DNA of 63,314 nt, filler included, from Bigelowiella natans CCMP2755 (taxonomy: Eukaryota; Protista; Cercozoa), in the NCBI GenBank assembly GCA_000320545.1. It is 11 parts of 11 records of this genome, joined end to end, with 100 filler letters (N's around TTAATTAATTAA, not from the genome) between each part and the next. Parts side by side here need not be neighbours in the genome. Positions count along the whole stretch, not along the records: positions 50,796 to 53,194 come from ADNK01001100.1; positions 53,295 to 55,657 come from ADNK01001921.1; positions 55,758 to 57,758 come from ADNK01000382.1; positions 57,859 to 60,459 come from ADNK01002823.1; positions 60,560 to 63,314 come from ADNK01002025.1; 6 more parts are not named here. One strand, written 5' to 3'. The notes under the pieces are model-generated. The model ran no database searches. It was given only the letters and a program-made list of their open reading frames with translations, and was not told the DNA's origin. This document shows, piece after piece, positions 53,121 through 63,314 of this stretch (the first letter of the stretch is position 1; each line of letters starts with the position of its first letter). The position numbers and the translations under genes were made by a program.

Positions 53121-53194
53121 GTATGCAACTAGAGTGCGCACGTCTCTCTCTCCCTATCCTCTTCGCCAAATGGTTCCTCCTTCTCCTCCCCCTT

Positions 53195-53294
53195 NNNNNN
53201 NNNNNNNNNNNNNNNNNNNNNNNNNNNNNNNNNNNNNNTTAATTAATTAANNNNNNNNNNNNNNNNNNNNNNNNNNNNNNNNNNNNNNNNNNNN
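53195..53294. other. Artificial assembly spacer
   Basis: 44 N + TTAATTAATTAA + 44 N. Confidence 0.98.
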
Positions 53295-53335
<41 letters not shown>

Positions 53336-53570
53336 ACACAACTCCCTCCTCCCCCCCCTCTGTCTGTCTGTGTGTGTGTGTGTGTGGGGGGGGAGAGCGT
53401 CCCACTCTCTCTCTATACAACACTGAAAGAGAGAGAGCGAGAGAGAGAGAGAGAGAGAGACAGTCACACTGTGTGTCTGTCTCTCGCTCGCTCGCGCTCT
53501 CTCTCGCGCGCGACACGCGCACCCCGAGAGACAGAGGTATCGATAGAGACACAAACACAGTATGTATGTG

Positions 53571-53618
<48 letters not shown>

Positions 53619-53656
53619 CATATACATCTAAACTTACCGTCCATGACTACTCTTAG

Positions 53657-53864
53657 GTCAAGCGTGCCGCACGTCTCCTCCTGGAAAGGGGATACGAGCC
53701 TTCGGTATGAAGTTCCACAGTTTATATCACGCCCATTATGATCGAGCCTCTCCCTCTGAATTGCGTCATTGTATTCCAAGAGAGTAGGAAGTATTATGGC
53801 CTTCCAAAGCACAACGCACAAACACAAAGTTGTTTTGAGATAGAGTTGTTGGCGTGTTATTCTT

Positions 53865-53909
<45 letters not shown>

Positions 53910-54061
53910 CCCCCCCTCCTCCCGTTCTCTTCCTCCTCCGGAACGCCTCTTGTGATCATCTCAGGTGGTGTACACGTCGCGGCTGAAAAGGGCAGTGCGG
54001 TCAGCTTGGATCCTGCTCAAAGAGATGAACATCCACTACCGGCCGATATTCAAAGAGTGCG

Positions 54062-54096
<35 letters not shown>

Positions 54097-54125
54097 GTGA
54101 TGATTGGGGGCAGGGCACAAACATG

Positions 54126-54160
<35 letters not shown>

Positions 54161-54458
54161 GGCTACAACGACTACGAGCAAAACTGTATTGTTTGAAGAT
54201 CGTACATAGAGATACATCAATCAACGCGACATAGCGGCGGCAAGTTCCGCCCATCGGCGCGTATTTACTCGATTTCTGTACTCTATGATAACTTTTGTGA
54301 TCGCCATACACAGTGGTGATGGAAATGGTGATGGATGATGACTATGAAACGCTTGTTACGACAGAGTGGACACAGCCTGCAAATACATACGCAAACACAT
54401 ACACACGCGCGCGCGCGCGCGTATACACATTTCTTTCTTGTTTGTATTTATTCGACTT

Positions 54459-54500
<42 letters not shown>

Positions 54501-54724
54501 CTCCATATAATTCAGATACAGGTTGAACGAGCGGATGTACGGAGCCTTGACTGGCATGTCTAAAAGTAAGTGCGCGCTTCTTTCTTACACCCGCAGCAGG
54601 CAGCAAGGAGCAGCAATAAGAACAACGAGATGACATATACATCTTCCAAGCTGCTGCTGCTGATGTGCATGCCCCCGGATTATTGACGGGTTGTTTCTGA
54701 TGGACTGATACACCAATACACGCA

Positions 54725-54761
<37 letters not shown>

Positions 54762-54900
54762 GCGCGCGCGCGCGCGAGTATTTATCACATCGCCTCACCC
54801 TCTATTGCTTAGGTCAAATTGCGCTGACATTTGGGGAAGAGCTCGTGCAGCAATGGCGCCGATCATTGGACGTATTAATGATAGCATAGATAAACACACA

Positions 54901-54949
<49 letters not shown>

Positions 54950-55317
54950 GCCATAAAGGCACGAAGACGATACGGTCTATCACCAGAGTAGCATAATAAT
55001 AATCCGCAAATACATCATAAACTTCGCCTTCAGGTCCGCCCTCCCGCCCTCGATGAACGACACCCCTACTGGCCGGGAAAAGAACGAAAGTGAGAACAGA
55101 CACGGGGGCTTGCAGAGGGGGTGGGGGGTGGGGGGAGGGAGGGAGGGAGGGAGGGAGGGAAGGAGGTAAAGAGAGAGCATGGCGAGGAAGGGGAGTAGCG
55201 AAGTGTGAGAACGTATAATTCGTTGTCGCATGGGGGTACCAAGATATTCCTAGGGATAAAATATCGAAGACTGAGAGTGTGCGGGATACGATGAATCGTG
55301 CTGTACCACTTTTCAAG
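53657..55317 (+). CDS. gpmA: 2,3-BPG-dependent phosphoglycerate mutase (dPGM/GpmA family), internal exons
   Basis: VKRAARLLLERGYEPS|VVYTSRLKRAVRSAWILLKEM...PIFKE|YRLNERMYGALTGMSK|S...FGEELVQQWRRSLD|VRPPALDERHPYWPG...TESVRDTMNRAVP. Confidence 0.92.
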
Positions 55318-55461
55318 GTTAGTAGTAGTAGTAGCAGCAGCAGCAGTAGAGTGACAGCAAACACCTCTAGTCCTTCTCATTAGTAGTGGCAAGTATGATA
55401 CCGACGAAGCAAGCGAGAAGAATAAGGATCGTCGTTGTATCCTTTTTTTTTCTTTTTTTTT

Positions 55462-55493
<32 letters not shown>

Positions 55494-55657
55494 AGGGGTA
55501 AAAAAATTCCAAATCCTTTTTTTTTTTTAATTTTAAAAAAAAAATTTTTCCCTTGTGGTCCCCGGATCCAATGTTGGGAACCCCAAGGTGGGGGCCAAAA
55601 ATTTAGAAAAAAATCCGAAAAAATTTGGGGGTGGAAAAGGAGTTTTTGGGGGTGGGG

Positions 55658-55757
55658 NNNNNNNNNNNNNNNNNNNNNNNNNNNNNNNNNNNNNNNNNNN
55701 NTTAATTAATTAANNNNNNNNNNNNNNNNNNNNNNNNNNNNNNNNNNNNNNNNNNNN
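55658..55757. other. Artificial assembly spacer
   Basis: 44 N + TTAATTAATTAA + 44 N. Confidence 0.98.
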
Positions 55758-55806
55758 GAAACCGTTCTCCCGGTCCCTTCCCTTCGGACCCCCCCCCCCC
55801 TCCCAG

Positions 55807-56438
55807 CCTCACCGTGGAGCTCTTAGCTGCCGTCCTCACGGGATCCGCCTTGGGTATTGAGCTTGACGATGCCCCGAAACGGTAGTGGGGAGCAAGGAGG
55901 GAAGATTAATTTATCGAAACGGTAGTGAGGGGCCCAGGAGGGAGTTGAAGAGGTCGCCCACCTCTACGTGGTGTGATGATACCGTGAATGCCGCGGTGCC
56001 GTAGTGTTGGCGACGATGACGATTCTTCCCACTGTAGCATCCGACGGCCAATGGCGAGTTCATCATTGCTATGGACCCCGAGAAGGTAGCTGCTGCTAGC
56101 GCACTGTATGATGTAGAGAGCGTGGTGGTGGTGGTGGTGCTATGGTGGTGCTACTGATAAGGGACAAGGTAAAATCTGCAACAACGCCTGCACTATAACG
56201 CGTTGGTGGCTGCAGCTACTGACGACACCCTACTTATTCGCGATCGCAGTTGAGCGGGTTAGATTCCTCTCAAATCTACGATCGCGCGGAAATGCTGTTC
56301 AGCCACATCCTTGAGGACGAAGGTACGCGTCTGCCTGGGGACCGACGAGCCGCAGCTCGAGAGATCACTGCGCAGCATGGAGTCCAGGTGCCAGCTGCCT
56401 TGTATGACGAATGCACCGCCCTGCTTGCGAGTTCTTAG
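55807..56438 (+). CDS. Ldh_2-family (type II malate/L-lactate dehydrogenase-like) oxidoreductase, last three exons
   Basis: LTVELLAAVLTGSALG...|HPTANGEFIIAMDPEK|LSG...RAEMLFSHILEDEGTRLPGDRRAAAREITAQHGVQVPAALYDECTALLASS*: the family's ELLA..LTG, G.F.IA.DP and RLPG motifs. Confidence 0.85.
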
Positions 56439-57018
56439 TTGATGTAGTAGTAAGCTTTTCGTCATTATTGTCGTGCATGATATGTGGTCGCTGCAATGTC
56501 GCATGGTATCACGCCTCTGGCGATTTGTTTTGGCCTGCTTTTATGTGCTGTGCGTGCGCCTTTAGAGAGATAGGGCGAGCTATGTAGCGAGCGGCAGTAT
56601 CGCATTTTTTGGCAGGGTCACTGCTCTCGCTAGCTCGCTTACAGCCGTGCGTGCAAATGCCTTTTGCTAGCTCGTGCTGCTATGTTGAGACGGGTGTAAT
56701 GCAATGCGATTGCATTCTTTCAGTTGCCATCTTAATAAATGTATACGTAGTAGTAAGCTGTGCCAAGCTGCGGCTACAGCGCTTAGTATCATGCTGTTGG
56801 CAGCGCATGATCCTCAGCAATGTTATTGCTACATTTATGTGCTACTTAAAAGTCAGAAGCTACTCCTGCGTCTCTAAGTGGAGCTGCATTGTTGTATTAT
56901 TGTGGTCGCATTGTAAGCACTGAATGCCCGGCACGTTGGCACATACTGGCTGCTACTAGCACATGTCCCACCGAACATGCAAAACACTCGCTTTTAAAAA
57001 TTTTATAGAAATTAAAAT

Positions 57019-57662
57019 TTACAATTCATACATCGAACGTGCGATGCGTCTCTCTGTTCCAGGCGCAGCAGCAGCGACGACAGCTGTGTTTTCACCGCTG
57101 TTGGTTATAGCCCGTCAATAGTAATAATGAGGGTGATAGTGATAATGCTTTATGTATACTCTGCAACTTTGCAATAAGTGGCCCGATCCCCTTCGCAGAC
57201 CATAATTGTTTCATGCCTTATCTCCGCTTACTCAGCTTCTCCAGCTTGTTTAACGGCCTAATCATTGCAAAGGGGGGAGAGGGAGGAGGAGAGTGTATGA
57301 TGTGTCCGGTGTATGTATCAATTAACATTTGTTTTGCCTGTGTAAATAAAAGTGCATATAGCGATAATGTATTAAATTCGAACGAGAACCCCCTCCCCCT
57401 CTATCCAAGGCGCAGCACCTTCTCGCCGATGACAGCCTTCTTCTCCGCTAATGGCGCACTCTTCTCGCCCTGCTGTGTGCCCCCTCCTCCCTTTTCCTGC
57501 CCTTCCTCCTTCTCTTCTTCTTCTTCTTCTTCTTTATCGGCTGCATTGCCATCCTCAGCGGCCTTGGCGGCACGTTCGTTTGCGACCCTCTTTTCGGCGA
57601 GCTCCCTCTCTGCTCTCTCAACGGCCTCTTGTGCTTGCCGCGCGTTTACCTCGGCCAGAGCT
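57019..57662 (-). CDS. C-terminal exons of an uncharacterised charged/coiled-coil protein
   Basis: LAEVNARQAQEAVERAERELAEKRVANE...IGEK|AVKQAGEA|DGENTAVVAAAAPGTERRIARSMYEL* with matching splice phases; TAA 57019-57021. Confidence 0.6.
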
Positions 57663-57758
57663 GCAAAGGGGCAGGGGGATGCGGGGTGGGGGGGGGGGGG
57701 GGGGAGGGGAAAAAGAACAAAGAGCAATCATAAGAAAGGCCGGGAAGTGTGAGTGATA

Positions 57759-57858
57759 NNNNNNNNNNNNNNNNNNNNNNNNNNNNNNNNNNNNNNNNNN
57801 NNTTAATTAATTAANNNNNNNNNNNNNNNNNNNNNNNNNNNNNNNNNNNNNNNNNNNN
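57759..57858. other. Artificial assembly spacer
   Basis: 44 N + TTAATTAATTAA + 44 N. Confidence 0.98.
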
Positions 57859-57876
57859 GATATAGGGCTTTGGATT

Positions 57877-57930
<54 letters not shown>

Positions 57931-58039
57931 ATATCAAACACATGTGCAATTAATATATTCGTCCAAGTACTCACAATACAATTCACAATGATACGGTTTC
58001 AAATTATCTTTTCTGCAGTGTATAGCATCATACATGACA

Positions 58040-58212
58040 CCTGCGAGCTGTAGCAACTATTTATGGGCTCTGTCAGGTTTTCCATGGACACATCAGATAT
58101 AGCCGGTACCCCATATGTGCCGACGGGCCATCTGATTACCAACAATAGCAACACAATTAGCATTTATTCTCTGATAAAATCGAGATATCACGCATACGCA
58201 AGCTCACGCACA

Positions 58213-58243
<31 letters not shown>

Positions 58244-58374
58244 GATGAACCCATGAGAAGCAGAAAAAACGGCAGATGGCGACTGGAGAGAGGCATTAAA
58301 CATAGTGGCTAGATTCGTTTGTGATTTGTTAAAATCTACGTGCCCTGTGATCTGAATATCAGTGGAAACGACGG

Positions 58375-58410
<36 letters not shown>

Positions 58411-58790
58411 CACAATATCGTCACCCTACATTACTCACTCTACACTTTGGAAAAGGGCATATGGGGAATGACCCATACATGGCTCATGGTATGGGGTCTT
58501 GGTAATATATGAAAGTTGGGGAACAATTCGCCATAGTTTGTGCGCGCGCGTGTGTGTGTGTGTTTTCTTATAGTCAGCCGTGGGACTACTACTACCACTG
58601 TGCCCGTGTTTGAGAGAGTGTGTAGACTCTGAGGATGATGATGATGATTAGGAGGAGAAGGAGGAGAAGGAGGAGAGGGCCTTGAAACTGCCGACGAAGA
58701 TGCGATATCACCAATATATCGTATAAAAGCCTGAGGAGAAATATCATTTTCTGTTTGTATCCGTATGTACAAATGTGTGTGCAGGTGTGC

Positions 58791-58848
<58 letters not shown>

Positions 58849-59005
58849 TTGACTTGGTTTATGCTAATCGATGCGGAGGAAGCTATCGTCGCTCTAAATT
58901 GGTCTTGGAACGCATTCACCTCTGATGCAGATATATCACCACAAGATCCCACACAATCATCAAACCACGCGACGAACTCACAGAACACATCTTATACATA
59001 ATATA

Positions 59006-59050
<45 letters not shown>

Positions 59051-60160
59051 CAACAAAAATACTACCAGAGGATGCAACAAGTGCATCATACAGCACTCCT
59101 GGAAACACGCAAGCAAACTCCACTTTGGAAGAGAACACGGGGGCCTTGGTAGGCGCGGCGTTCGGGGTAGGGACAGAGGCAGGGGAGGGGGCTGGCGTTG
59201 GGCTGATAGTTGGCACTACGGTGCAGCTCGATGAGAGTAGTGTGAAACCGTGACTTACGCTATACCTTGGAAGATTAACGAAAATGATAAGAAGAACAAG
59301 ACTATTGCCATATGATAATAAAGGCCTCATTCATTCTCCAGATTCATATGCTAGCCTCCTCCTCCTCCTTCTATATTTTCCCTTCTTCTTCTTCTTCTTC
59401 TTCTTCTTCTTCTTCTCTCTCGTCTCCTTCTTTGGTGCTATACCAATGGCTCGTAGAATCCTTCTCCCCGGAAGTGATGAGGATGCGGGCAGAGGCTGCA
59501 GTTGTTCCTACGCACGGCACGCTCACGTTTCGAGACCCAGAGTTCGCAAACACACCGAGAAAGAACGGAAACGTCGCCCCATTATCGGCGCTGCAATGTG
59601 GTTATCAAAGCGATTTAATGGGGACATGTGCACCAATAGCGTGGCGCGTTGTTTATTGACTGAATTTGCCGGCTACATCGCTACAATTCGGCGTCTTATG
59701 TCCTCCAAGCTGCCTCTCTCCTTGTGCAAGTAAAGGGGAGTGTGCGTGAAGGAGGTGGTGCGTGTGTGTTTACCTCAGGTATATGTAAATCGAAGGCGAG
59801 GTCGTGTCAGTATTCGCTACATTCCACTGCACAGTCTCCGTTGAGTTCTGCCTCCACGCCCCCCCCCCCGCTGGAAATTGCACGGTCAAAGGACCGATAT
59901 CTGATTGTGTGAGGAAAACATGACAGAAGGAGCACGGATCAAAGATCCATTGTTATTGAAGAGGGGAGACGAAGGAAAAGAGTATTCGTGTTTTGAGTTC
60001 GTCGTATTTCATACCTGCTACGACAACGCTCATTCGTGCTGCATTCCAATGCCCATAGCCAACATCGTTATTAGCATTCCTTTGATGACGAGAAGAGAAG
60101 AGAGGGGGGGGGGCGTGGGCGGTGTTAAGAGCATTCTGTCTACCTTCTTGCATGTGTGCA

Positions 60161-60197
<37 letters not shown>

Positions 60198-60199
60198 GT

Positions 60200-60243
<44 letters not shown>

Positions 60244-60412
60244 GCTTGTGTGCATGTGCGTGCATTTCCCACCAATGATCTCGTACAGTCACAGCAAAGT
60301 GCATCGTCCCTGCGGATGTTGGTAGTATCTCCTCGGAGGTCGTCACTCCGGCAAGTGTATTCACAAAGGCAGGGAACCTTCTTGATAACGACGTGGATGG
60401 GTTGAAGCTCAC
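58040..60412 (-). CDS. C-terminal modules of a bacterial-type reprolysin-like (M12B-related) zinc metallopeptidase with Pro/Thr linker; catalytic exons outside the contig
   Basis: SRRFPAFVNTLAGVTTSEEILPTSAGTMHFAVTVRDH|...MSVVVA|DIGPLTVQFPAGGGAWRQNSTETVQWNVANTD...NSGSRNVSVPCVGTTAASARILI, then PTISPTPAPSPASVPTPNAAPTKAP and a further globular segment. The HExxH motif is not seen. Confidence 0.65.
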
Positions 60413-60459
60413 CTGAGGAGTTGTTCAGGAGGAGGAGCAGGGGGGGGGGGGGGGGGGGG

Positions 60460-60559
60460 NNNNNNNNNNNNNNNNNNNNNNNNNNNNNNNNNNNNNNNNN
60501 NNNTTAATTAATTAANNNNNNNNNNNNNNNNNNNNNNNNNNNNNNNNNNNNNNNNNNNN
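60460..60559. other. Artificial assembly spacer
   Basis: 44 N + TTAATTAATTAA + 44 N. Confidence 0.98.
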
Positions 60560-60886
60560 CTATTTCTCTATTTCCTTCAGCTGCTCGCCAGCTAGCTGAA
60601 TCTAGTAACTCGCCCCCTCCCGCCCCCCTCCATTTATTAGCAATGCTTTGACTACAAATGCCACTGTGGAGATTGCCAACCCTCTTTTACTGTAAGTAAT
60701 AAGAACGATTATTATCATTAACTGCTACTGCTACTGCAGCTACTATTCGATATGCTGTTTCCATTTGCGTGAGGGGGGGGGCGGGGAAGGGTGGAAGAAC
60801 GTGTCGTGAGAATGAAGAGTCACATCCTTCCCTCTGCAAGTCCTTTTCTCTATTTCTTTCATATATACACATATGAATGTACATGT

Positions 60887-60927
<41 letters not shown>

Positions 60928-61069
60928 AGAGAGAGAGAGAGAGACTATGTTCGCATATATGTTTTTACACAGTCCCATAAAGAATATATAGCTCATCTAC
61001 CCACACACGCGACAAGCACTCGCGCTAACATCTCTGCCTAATATGCATGTCATTTTTATGCGGTTGGTT

Positions 61070-61579
61070 TCCTAATTTGTTGTGCATTCGCTGCAGCCTG
61101 AATGCTCGGACCTCAATGTGACCGAGTACGCACTGGATGATTCCACAAAAAGATGACGCGCGCATACACATACCCACACACACACTTCCAGTCAGCAGCA
61201 GCAGCAGCATCATCATCAGCAGCAGCACCGCCACCATATGAAACTAACAAAATGAAATAATCGCCACATGGATTGGAGAGTGGTGAAATAGGATTTATAC
61301 TAAATGAATACACGCACTGTTAGAGAGAGAGAGTGCTTGTTTTATGCATGTGCATGACTACCTATTCTCTGTGCGTTGTTGTGCCTTTGAAAATAATGTT
61401 TATTAGCTATTACTGGGGCCAACACCAGCATTGCTGTGGAGAGTGTAACTTATTTCATACACAAGAAGAAACTTTATTGAATATACACAGAGGCGTGTAC
61501 ATGACACACACAACATAACACAACACACAAGAATTACATAAACTAAAATATAAATACATATATTTATAGCGAGAGCGAG

Positions 61580-61632
<53 letters not shown>

Positions 61633-62593
61633 AGATGGGATCCATACGTTGCTTTTGTTTAATCCCCAAAGACTGCTGCGAATACCCATATTCGGAAAAT
61701 GTGAAGAGTGCGTCAATCTGTGAGGGGTAAAAATAACGACGACGACGAAGTCGATACTCACCAGCCACTTCCACAACATGCGATGAGGGAGGCTCTAGCA
61801 AATCAATTCATCATGCGTGCTTTGTTGCAAAGAGAGTGATGATCTATATAACTCCTCTACACCCCTCCCCCCTGGGGAAATAATGCGAGGATGCTCATCT
61901 CATCTCCAGTAGTTGTGGGGAGGCAATCACTGTGTGCAATTCAAATGCACACACGCACATTGGGGGAGGTGGGGAGGTGGGGAGGGGTATGTGTGTGTGG
62001 GGGGGGGGGGGAGATCACGTCCCAAATGACAACTACTGTTCTTTCTCAGGACATTTCGTAAAGAAGCATGCGACGCGACAAGGGTTACTTGCTATAAGCT
62101 GAACGTAATTGAAAAATGACGATGCGACTCTAACACGAGACTCCTAATATCCCCTCCTCCCCCCGCCCCCCTCTTTCCTCCCTCGCTAGTAATGTGAGAA
62201 CCAGCCCACCACTCCTTCCTCGGCTACATGTGCCCCATCCTTTGTTAATATAACTGAGATGATATATTGCTTTACTGTAAAAGCTTATAATTATATATTA
62301 TTGGCAGATCTCCTTCATTCTCGGCTCCGAGTCGTACAGTAGGACATATATTCACGTGTGTAGGTTAGCCATGATCTTTCGCGCTCGTAGAAGAAGAGTA
62401 GATGACGATGATGATGGAGGGGGGGGGGGGGGGCGGGAGGATGGATCGATGATCCTTGTCGCTGAAGACGGGGCCTCATTGTCTTTGGTGTGTTCTGTGA
62501 TGATATTTTCGGTTGTGTTGTGCATTGCAGAGATCCGGAATGCACCGAATCGTATCTTGATGGTTGATAAAGCCCCCCCATTTCACACACACG

Positions 62594-62627
<34 letters not shown>

Positions 62628-63200
62628 TGTATACATCATATTTACAACAATATATACATAAATACCTATGTACATTAAAGATCATTTTTCAAGATGTTCC
62701 TGTATGTCTGAGCCTTTGTTCTGATTAAGTATTCGCGGTGGGCAAGACTTTGGACTGCTGGCGAAATACGAGGTTTGCTATCATTCACGCGCACAAGCAT
62801 GCATTTCTTCATGTTTTCTTTTTAAATGTACACAAACACACACACACACACATGTTTATGTATTGTGAACATTCACATGTAGAAGCAAACAGCAAATCTG
62901 TGTTGTTGCGCGCATATACTCAAAGGAGTGATAACGTGTCTTGGGAGGGGCCGGATTCCTATCAGGAAACACTAGCCCTTTGGGTTTTTGGGTACTCGTC
63001 ACCAGAACATAAACAACAATAGCGTTCTCAAAAACAAAATAATTGGGAGTGTCAATCCCCAGACTGCAACCACGAAATGCGCCTGAGCAGCTATATGACC
63101 ATAGTGCCGTAGTGGAGAGTGAAGAAGCCGATGAGAGATATGAAGCATCACCAATTGCCTCTGAATTCAGGGCTCTCCTCTTCTTGACCTCTATTACTTC
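61070..63200 (-). CDS. Scattered probable exons of an unidentified gene
   Basis: Short GT-AG-bounded non-repetitive segments (~61080-61120, 61647-61711, 61760-61797, 62420-62560, 62930-62985, 63010-63100); a consistent frame could not be built. Confidence 0.3.
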
Positions 63201-63228
63201 ATGCGGTACGTGTGTGTTAGATCGCTAC

Positions 63229-63303
<75 letters not shown>

Positions 63304-63314
63304 TAGTACGTAGT

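Noticed and set aside
55440-55657. Long alternating homopolymer tracts (G/A/T runs)
   Set aside because: Typical low-quality read end at a contig edge.
11950-60559. Ten copies of TTAATTAATTAA flanked by N runs
   Set aside because: Identical 44N-12-44N layout; a six-frame-stop assembly spacer, not biology.
3-63306. Hundreds of ORFs rich in poly-HT, CV, ER, IY, M/D, S or L
   Set aside because: Translations of intronic microsatellites, which lack stop codons in some frames.
60560-63314. Last contig as the N-terminal/catalytic part of the reprolysin-like gene
   Set aside because: Same strand and adjacent in the file, but no HExxH and no consistent frame could be built.

Overview
Eukaryotic nuclear DNA, not prokaryotic or viral. 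The window is 11 assembly pieces joined by ten identical 100-nt artificial spacers (44 N + TTAATTAATTAA + 44 N), so adjacency across spacers is unproven. Genes are split into many short exons by GT-AG introns stuffed with microsatellites ((CA)n, (TA)n, (GA)n, (GAT)n, poly-G/C), so most ORFs in the supplied track are spurious; gene models here were rebuilt by hand from splice sites, reading phase and recognisable motifs. Recognisable genes: a TPR protein, RimM with an N-terminal leader, WDR59/SEA3-like GATOR2 subunit, CCDC93, a TBC Rab-GAP, ALG12, a PPR protein, importin-5/Kap121, a DOT1-like methyltransferase, a SETD3/LSMT-like SET protein, dPGM-type phosphoglycerate mutase, an Ldh_2-family dehydrogenase and a bacterial-type reprolysin-like metallopeptidase, plus several unidentified genes. 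Signal peptide + Arg-rich leaders point to an alga with a secondary plastid (chlorarachniophyte-like; inference only). No CRISPR, rRNA, tRNA or transposase was recognised. I found no clear multi-gene novel system. Best leads: (1) CTAG/GCATGC-palindrome-dense zones between convergent gene 3' ends; (2) a clean 79-aa two-exon membrane microprotein missed by the ORF track; (3) two bacterial-like but intron-rich genes; (4) a duplicated TPR exon/intron unit now read in a shifted frame; (5) introns with complementary microsatellite arms; (6) candidate 20-21-nt introns. All identifications are from motif recall, not database searches.
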